This document shows, one piece after another, positions 36,830-41,944 of a stretch of DNA of 41,944 nucleotides. The notes beneath the pieces are model-generated. The model saw only the letters and a program-made list of their open reading frames with translations. It searched no databases and had not been told where the DNA came from. How positions within the stretch are numbered: the first letter of the stretch is position 1; each line of letters begins with the position of its first letter. The position numbers were made by a program, and so were the translations under genes. Source of the DNA: an uncultured bacterium (GTDB lineage Bacteria; CAYJRR01); assembly GCA_964372275.1 (NCBI GenBank), contig CAYJRR010000021.1:1-41944 (forward strand), in the 5' to 3' direction.

Positions 36830-37519
36830 ATGGAGATGCTGTCCGAGAACGACCGGGTCGAGGTGAAGAAGATCCTCGACGGCGAGCTGTCCGGCGAGGT
36901 CCGGGTGACGCTCTATACCCGCCGCTCCGGGATCGACGCCCCCGGATTCCCCGTCTGCCGGAGTTGTCCCGAGACCGAGCAGCTCCTGACCGAGGTCGCC
37001 GCGCTCCACGAGAAGATCCGGCTGACGGTGATCGACGTCTCGGAGGACGCGGAGGCGGCGCGGACGGAGGGGATCGAGGGGAGCTATCCGGTCCTCGTCT
37101 TCCAGGGGGCGTCGGTGAAGGGGAGACTGCGCTACCTCGGCCTTCCCGCCGGCTACGAGTTCCGCACGCTCCTCGACGCGCTGATCGCCGTCTCGAGAGG
37201 GGAGAGCGGCCTCTCGCCCGCCTCGAGGGACGAGCTCGCGAAGGTGACCTCGCCGACGTTGATCCAGGTCTACGTCACGCCGGGGTGACCCTATTGCCCC
37301 GCGTCGGCCGGTCTGGCCTACTCGATGGCGATGGAGAACGAGCGCGTCACCGCCGAGGTGATCGAAGCGACCGAGTTTCCCCAGCGCGCACGCGCGCACG
37401 GCGTGCGAGGGGTGCCGAAGACGGTGATCAACGACGGCGCCGCCGAATTCGTCGGCGCGCTTCCCGAACGGGCGCAGATCGAGGCGGTCCTCAAGGCCGC
37501 CGGAGCGGACGGAACGTGA
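36830..37519 (+). CDS. Probable selenoprotein: protein disulfide oxidoreductase (AhpF-NTD/glutaredoxin-like, two thioredoxin folds) with CxxC and UxxC
   Basis: CRSC...RYLGLPAGYEF..LL...VYVTPG-[TGA 37286-37288]-PYCP...VIEATEFP...VRGVPKTVIN...FVGALP. The TGA sits where the first Cys of the conserved CPYC lies; SECIS-like hairpin follows. 229 aa with Sec153. Confidence 0.88.
37286..37327 (+). promoter_or_regulatory. UGA plus bacterial SECIS-like hairpin
   Basis: UGA CCCUAUUGCCCCGCGUC GGCC-GGUCU-GGCC UACUCGAUG; the loop starts 22 nt after UGA. Confidence 0.7.
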
Positions 37520-37535
37520 TACCGGAGGGTGGCCG

Positions 37536-38114
37536 ATGATCCGACTCGTCACGCTGGTGACGGCGCTGCTGTCACTCCCGTTACCGGTCGCCGCCGACGA
37601 GCCGGCGCCGCCCTCCACGGCCGCGGCTCCGCGCGGGGGCGGACAGGTCGTCTCGATCAGTCCGATCGCATGGTTGGTGGAGCAGTACGGCCTCGAATAC
37701 GAACGGAGGATCTCCCCCCGTCTCGCCTGGACGGTGGAGGCGGGATACGCCGGGATTCGCCATGACGAGACGGCCGAGGTGTCGATCACCGGTCGGGTCC
37801 TCTTCGCGGCGGTCGGTGTTCGTCGCTTCTTCTTTCGAGAGGCGCCGGGCGGCCTCTACCTCTCGGGCCGGGTCGGCGTGCCGTATGCGGAGATCGAGTC
37901 GAGCGACGGGGTGGAGGCCTCCGGAGCGGGGATCGCGCTGATCGCGACGACCGGATGGTCGTGGGCTTTTCGTCACGTGGTACTGCGTCTGGGCTTGGGC
38001 GGCAGCGTCGCGCGGGTGACGGCCATCGCCACCGACGACGACGGAAACCGCGTGGAAAGGACCGATCAAACGACCGCCCCGGTGCTCGACGCGACGCTCG
38101 GTTGGCGCTTCTAG
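37536..38114 (+). CDS. Putative small outer-membrane beta-barrel protein (DUF3575-like)
   Basis: Signal peptide; amphipathic strands (GLEYERRI, GVRRFF, GLYLSGR); C-terminal LGWRF barrel signature; SD GGAGG. Confidence 0.7.
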   Translation: MIRLVTLVTALLSLPLPVAADEPAPPSTAAAPRGGGQVVSISPIAWLVEQYGLEYERRISPRLAWTVEAGYAGIRHDETAEVSITGRVLFAAVGVRRFFFREAPGGLYLSGRVGVPYAEIESSDGVEASGAGIALIATTGWSWAFRHVVLRLGLGGSVARVTAIATDDDGNRVERTDQTTAPVLDATLGWRF

Positions 38115-38117
38115 GTC

Positions 38118-39605
38118 CTACCGACCGCGTTCCGATCGGGCGAGGCCACGCCGGCGCGGGCGCGCGATCGCGAATCCGGCGAGCGCCAGGGCGATCGTGA
38201 GAAGGTCGTGCCGCGCCGCGGCGCCGACGCGGCAACCGCCCTCGTCCTTGTGCCCGCTGGGACCGTCGTCGTCTCCGTCGTCGTCGTCGTCGGCCGCGTC
38301 GTCGTCGTCATCGCCCGTTCCGCCACCGGTCCCCTCGCAGACCCCGGCGGTGCACCTGTCGCCGGTCGTCGAGGCGTCGCCGTCATCGCAGGCCAGATCC
38401 TCCCGCAGCCGCACGCAGGTTCCGTCGATCTGACAGACCTCGCAGCTCGTCGGGGTGCCGGGGTCGAAGATCTCGCCGCTGGAGAGGTAGGTCGAGGAGC
38501 TGGTCGAGCCTTGGCGACCGCCGGCGATCACCGCTCGTCCGTCGTCGAGCAGCGCCATCCCGGCGTCGTAGCGTGCATTCGTCATCGACGCCGTCGTCGT
38601 CCAGCTGTTCGCGACCGGGTCGTAGAGCTCGGCGCTCGACAACGCCGCGTCGTTCGACAGTCCGCCGGCAATCAGGACCTTTCCAGTCGGCAGCAGGATC
38701 ATGCTCGCCGCCGCCCGGCCCGCGTTGAGGCTGTCGGCGGAGGCGACAGAGTTGTTGGCCGGATTGAAGATCTCGCAAGTATCGACAGAGGCCCCGGTGC
38801 AGCCCGGGCCGCAGGCTCCGCAATAGAGGATCCGGCCGTCGGGCAGCCGCGCTCCGACGTGGGCAATCCGGGTCATCGCCACCATGTCCGGGCCGTCGGA
38901 GAACAGTCCGGTGCCGGGATCGAACCTGTCGATCTTCCGCGGCCCCGGAGGGGCGTCATCGCCGCCGCCGATCTGTATCACCTTGCCGTCGGGGAGCCGT
39001 GCCGCCACCTGGCCGACGCGGGGACTCAGCATCGTGTCGGCGACCGGGGTGAAGATGTCGTCGTCCGGATCGTAGATCTCGGCGCTGTTCAAGGTCACCG
39101 CATTGGCGGCCTGACCGCCGGCGATCAGCACGCGGCCGTCGGCGAGCCGGGTCGCGCTCGGCGAAAAGCGCGCCGTGTTCAGCGTGCCGGCGGTCGTCCA
39201 GGTGCGCGTCGCCGGCCGCCAGCGCTCCGCGCTGGTGAAGGCGGTGTTGGTCGTGGGGCCGGTCTTCTGACCACCGCCGGCGGCCAGGATCCCGCCGTCG
39301 GCGAGGGAGACCAGCCCCATCATGCTGCGCGCCGTCCCCATCGAGGTCCCCGCGACGAAGGTCGCGCCGTCGAACAGGTCGAGCTCGGCACGGAGTGCCG
39401 GTCCGACGCCGCCGACGATGGCGATCTGACCTCCGGTGACGGCGATCGCGCGCAGCTCGGTGGTGAACAGGCCGCGCGCCGCGCCCAAGGAGCCCGATGC
39501 CGCCGTCCATCCCGCCACCGCGTCGTCCCGCCTCGCGACCGGTTCGGCCGTGGGCGGTGCGCACGCGGCGAGGGCGGTCAGGACCAGCCACGATCGTCCG
39601 CGCAT
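38118..39605 (-). CDS. Kelch-repeat (galactose oxidase-like propeller) surface protein with MYXO-CTERM-type tail
   Basis: Leader MRGRSWLVLTALAA|C; repeats AR....T.L.DG.VL.AGG...AE.YDP; Cys-rich CDDGDA..TGDRC..GVC, Asp-rich linker, then GGC-hydrophobic-RRR. Confidence 0.85.
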   Translation of the reverse strand: MRGRSWLVLTALAACAPPTAEPVARRDDAVAGWTAASGSLGAARGLFTTELRAIAVTGGQIAIVGGVGPALRAELDLFDGATFVAGTSMGTARSMMGLVSLADGGILAAGGGQKTGPTTNTAFTSAERWRPATRTWTTAGTLNTARFSPSATRLADGRVLIAGGQAANAVTLNSAEIYDPDDDIFTPVADTMLSPRVGQVAARLPDGKVIQIGGGDDAPPGPRKIDRFDPGTGLFSDGPDMVAMTRIAHVGARLPDGRILYCGACGPGCTGASVDTCEIFNPANNSVASADSLNAGRAAASMILLPTGKVLIAGGLSNDAALSSAELYDPVANSWTTTASMTNARYDAGMALLDDGRAVIAGGRQGSTSSSTYLSSGEIFDPGTPTSCEVCQIDGTCVRLREDLACDDGDASTTGDRCTAGVCEGTGGGTGDDDDDAADDDDDGDDDGPSGHKDEGGCRVGAAARHDLLTIALALAGFAIARPRRRGLARSERGR

Positions 39606-39618
39606 TCCACGGATTGTA
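39606..39618 (-). promoter_or_regulatory. Putative -10 element for a leaderless transcript of the Kelch gene
   Basis: TACAAT (39618-39613) lies exactly 7 nt before ATG 39605; no SD. Confidence 0.55.
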
Positions 39619-39687
39619 CGCCGGGTCCGGGCAACCGATGTCCCGATGCCCCGGACAGTATCCACCGCCGGCCGGCGCTCCGCGCCG

Positions 39688-39711
39688 GATATTGAATGAG
39701 TAGTCAATATC
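39688..39711. promoter_or_regulatory. AT-rich inverted repeat, candidate operator
   Basis: GATATTGA-ATGAGTAG-TCAATATC perfect 8-bp arms in a divergent intergenic region. Confidence 0.55.
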
Positions 39712-39729
39712 TTTCCGTGCCGGCCCCGT

Positions 39730-39745
39730 TGGAACGGGGATTGCT
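39730..39745 (+). promoter_or_regulatory. Putative sigma54 (-24/-12) promoter
   Basis: TGGAAC-GGGGA-TTGCT with GG-N10-GC spacing, 46 nt before ATG 39791. Confidence 0.6.
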
Positions 39746-39790
39746 CGGCGGGCCGGCCGAATCCAAACACTCTCGTCGAAGGAGCCCACC

Positions 39791-40543
39791 ATGCGCCGCC
39801 AAGCCCGCCGTATTCTCTTCTCGATGTTGCCGACGATTGCGCTCTTCGTCGCCGCGGCCGAAGCCGGAGCGACTCCGTCGGAGCCTCGGGCGGTCTACGT
39901 CTTCGGCAACGGCGCGCCGGCCGGACCGGGCGCGCGCGGCTGGTCGTTCGGGGACTCGGTCCTGTTGCGCCGCGTCGATCTGACGGCGATGAAACTGACG
40001 CCGGGGGAGGAGGCGCGTGTGTTGTCGACCCTGGCGCGGGGCGCATGGGCCCGCGGCCGGTTCGAGAGCGAGATCGTCGGCGGCAAGGCCGTCACCATCC
40101 TCCGGGTGCAGGCGATCGACGAGACCGAGCCTCCGTACACGCCGGGCAACGTCTATCGGCCCGGCCAGCCCCTTCCGGTCCCCGCCTTCTACGTGCGGCG
40201 GAACGAGGCGTGCCCGTCCTGGGAGGATTGCCCCCCGTGGAGGATGGCCTGGGGCGGCTGGTACCGCGCGCCGGACGTGAGCGGACTCGGACTCTCGCCG
40301 AGTGCGGAGCTCGAGCTGCTGCGGCAGCTCGCCGACGGACGCTTCTGGGCGGTCGGCGAACCGATCCCCGCCGCCGACGGCTCGCGCGCGCAGGACTTCC
40401 GGATCGATGCCGTCCTGCGTTCGCGGTCGCTCGACACCGTCGCCTACCAGAGCCCCGGGTTCGCCGGCGCCCGCCATGCGCGCACCCAGGCGGCGACCTC
40501 GGCACCGGTGTCGTCGCCGGCGGGCGCGGGACAGCGGCGATAG
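39791..40543 (+). CDS. Hypothetical secreted protein with internal duplication
   Basis: SD AAGGAG; signal peptide ending AEA; two similar segments; Cys pair CPSWEDC. Confidence 0.7.
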   Translation: MRRQARRILFSMLPTIALFVAAAEAGATPSEPRAVYVFGNGAPAGPGARGWSFGDSVLLRRVDLTAMKLTPGEEARVLSTLARGAWARGRFESEIVGGKAVTILRVQAIDETEPPYTPGNVYRPGQPLPVPAFYVRRNEACPSWEDCPPWRMAWGGWYRAPDVSGLGLSPSAELELLRQLADGRFWAVGEPIPAADGSRAQDFRIDAVLRSRSLDTVAYQSPGFAGARHARTQAATSAPVSSPAGAGQRR

Positions 40544-40549
40544 CGCCGT

Positions 40550-41926
40550 TCAACGGCCGGTCGCCTCTCCGGCCCGTGGCGCCAGCGACGTCACGACCGA
40601 GAGCACGAGCAACGTCGCCGCAAGGTCGTAGTAGTTCGCGTGCGCCTGCTTCGCCACCACGAACGCGGAGAGCAGGACGAACGCCATCCCCGCCAGCACC
40701 CGCGAGAGGTCGCGTCGCCCGCGATCGACCCATCCGCGAAGGCCGACCGCTGCAAGCGCGGCGAGCGGTGCCGCGGCGGCGACGATCGACGGCAACTCGG
40801 CGCCGTGTCGGTCGTGGAGCCAGGAGGCGAACGTCAGCGCGTCGTACCGCGGCGGCCAGCGGACGAGCACGCCGATGACGTCGTCCCAGAGGGCGCCCGC
40901 GTCGGCGATGGCGAACGGAACGAGCGTCGCCATCCCGGTGGCGGCGGCGATCGCCAGGTGACGCAGACGGGCGCCCGGAAACAGGACGATCAACGGGGCC
41001 ACCGCCACCAAGTACTGCTTGGACGTGACGGCGAGACCGAAGATCGCGGCGGCGGCATCGAGGCGCCCCCTCCGCCACACGGCCACGCTCACCGCCAGGA
41101 GCGCCATCGCGAACGGCTCGTTGTACGACTGCTCCAACTGGTAGATCCCGGTCGGGCGCAGGGCGAACCAGGCGAGGAGGAGCAGCGCGCAGCGCCACGC
41201 GAGGCCCCGGGCGGGGACCGCGAGAACGGCCACCGCGGCCTGGCCCACCAGCAGCGCGGCGAGAAGGGCGTATCGGACGTCGCCGACGAGCCGGCCGGGG
41301 AGCGTGAGCAGCAGGGGGAGCGGCGTGTACGGATAGTAGGTCACCGTCTTTCCGGGCGGCCACGCGTCCGGAAGGATTGCCGCGTAGGGGTTTTTCCCGT
41401 GAAGCAGCGCTTCGGCCGCCCCCTGCTGCATCGTCCAGACGTCGATGATCGGCGACGGCGAGACGCGGACGACCGAGATCCCCGCGAAGAGGAACGCCGC
41501 GCCGAGCACGACCGCCGCGACCGCCATCGCCCGGCGGTCCGTGCGTGCCTCGCGGAGGAGCGTCGCGGCGACCACGGCGCCGGCCCCCGAAAGCAGCAGG
41601 GGCGTCAGCTCGGGCAGCAGCGGCCGCGTGAGATAGAGCCCGGCCGGAAAGACCAGCGGCGCCAGGGCGGCGAGGGCGACCGCCAGCGTCATCATCATCG
41701 CCAACGCCGGCGGCGGTTCCATCCCGCTCGCCTCCGCCGCCGGGCCGGAACTCGGTTCATCGTGCGCCGCCGGCAGGAGCGCGGCGATCCCCGCCATCGC
41801 CGCCGCCGCGACCACGAGCCATACCACCCACTCCCGGCCCTCGACGTAATGGCCGTGGGAGACCTGGAGCGCTGCGCCGATCGTGGCGGCCGCGGCGAAG
41901 GCAAGAGGCCCCCGAGCCCGCGCCAT
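40550..41926 (-). CDS. Polytopic membrane protein, GT-C/GT87-like glycosyltransferase
   Basis: Many TM helices; IDV...A...LLHGKNPY, YPYTP, DVRY, NEP and KQY motifs. Confidence 0.65.
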   Translation of the reverse strand: MARARGPLAFAAAATIGAALQVSHGHYVEGREWVVWLVVAAAAMAGIAALLPAAHDEPSSGPAAEASGMEPPPALAMMMTLAVALAALAPLVFPAGLYLTRPLLPELTPLLLSGAGAVVAATLLREARTDRRAMAVAAVVLGAAFLFAGISVVRVSPSPIIDVWTMQQGAAEALLHGKNPYAAILPDAWPPGKTVTYYPYTPLPLLLTLPGRLVGDVRYALLAALLVGQAAVAVLAVPARGLAWRCALLLLAWFALRPTGIYQLEQSYNEPFAMALLAVSVAVWRRGRLDAAAAIFGLAVTSKQYLVAVAPLIVLFPGARLRHLAIAAATGMATLVPFAIADAGALWDDVIGVLVRWPPRYDALTFASWLHDRHGAELPSIVAAAAPLAALAAVGLRGWVDRGRRDLSRVLAGMAFVLLSAFVVAKQAHANYYDLAATLLVLSVVTSLAPRAGEATGR

Positions 41927-41944
41927 CCTCGAGGGCGACTCGGT

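Noticed and set aside
32270-37288. 1672-aa ORF and other long overlapping or antisense Arg/Gly/Pro-rich ORFs
   Set aside because: Shadow ORFs typical of high-GC DNA. Only the last ~152 codons of this one are real (the PDO N-terminal part).
38264-38312. (GTC/TCG)n tandem repeat as a possible CRISPR or VNTR
   Set aside because: It encodes the Asp-rich linker of the Kelch protein. No repeat-spacer array or cas gene is seen in the window.

Overview
High-GC bacterial window. MYXO-CTERM-type sorting signals, PEGA Ser/Thr kinases and the T2SS gene order suggest a Myxococcota/deltaproteobacterium-like organism. In order it contains: the 3' part of a type II secretion operon (gspE fragment, F, G, an extra GspG-like gene lacking a prepilin motif, H, I, J, K, L, M, N); a Ser/Thr kinase; tsaD-pilZ-rsmA; a lamin-tail-domain lipoprotein; a plsC/GldA-F-G-like ABC/DUF4340 operon; signalling genes; tRNA-Leu(UAA); a GH13 lipoprotein; an ABC-F ATPase; and several surface proteins. 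The main hidden signal is two genes that the ORF track splits at an in-frame TGA but that read as selenoproteins. One is an exported UshA-like (C-G-U) metallophosphoesterase-fold protein fused to a four-heme cytochrome c (14688-16358, minus). The other is a two-domain protein disulfide oxidoreductase with CxxC and UxxC sites (36830-37519, plus). Both TGAs are followed by a GC hairpin with a GGUCU(G) loop resembling the E. coli fdhF SECIS. Other signals are leaderless-type promoters, two sigma54-like promoters, a shared ATTGA-N8-TCAAT palindrome and a 93-nt rod-like hairpin. All calls come from reading motifs by eye; no database searches were run.
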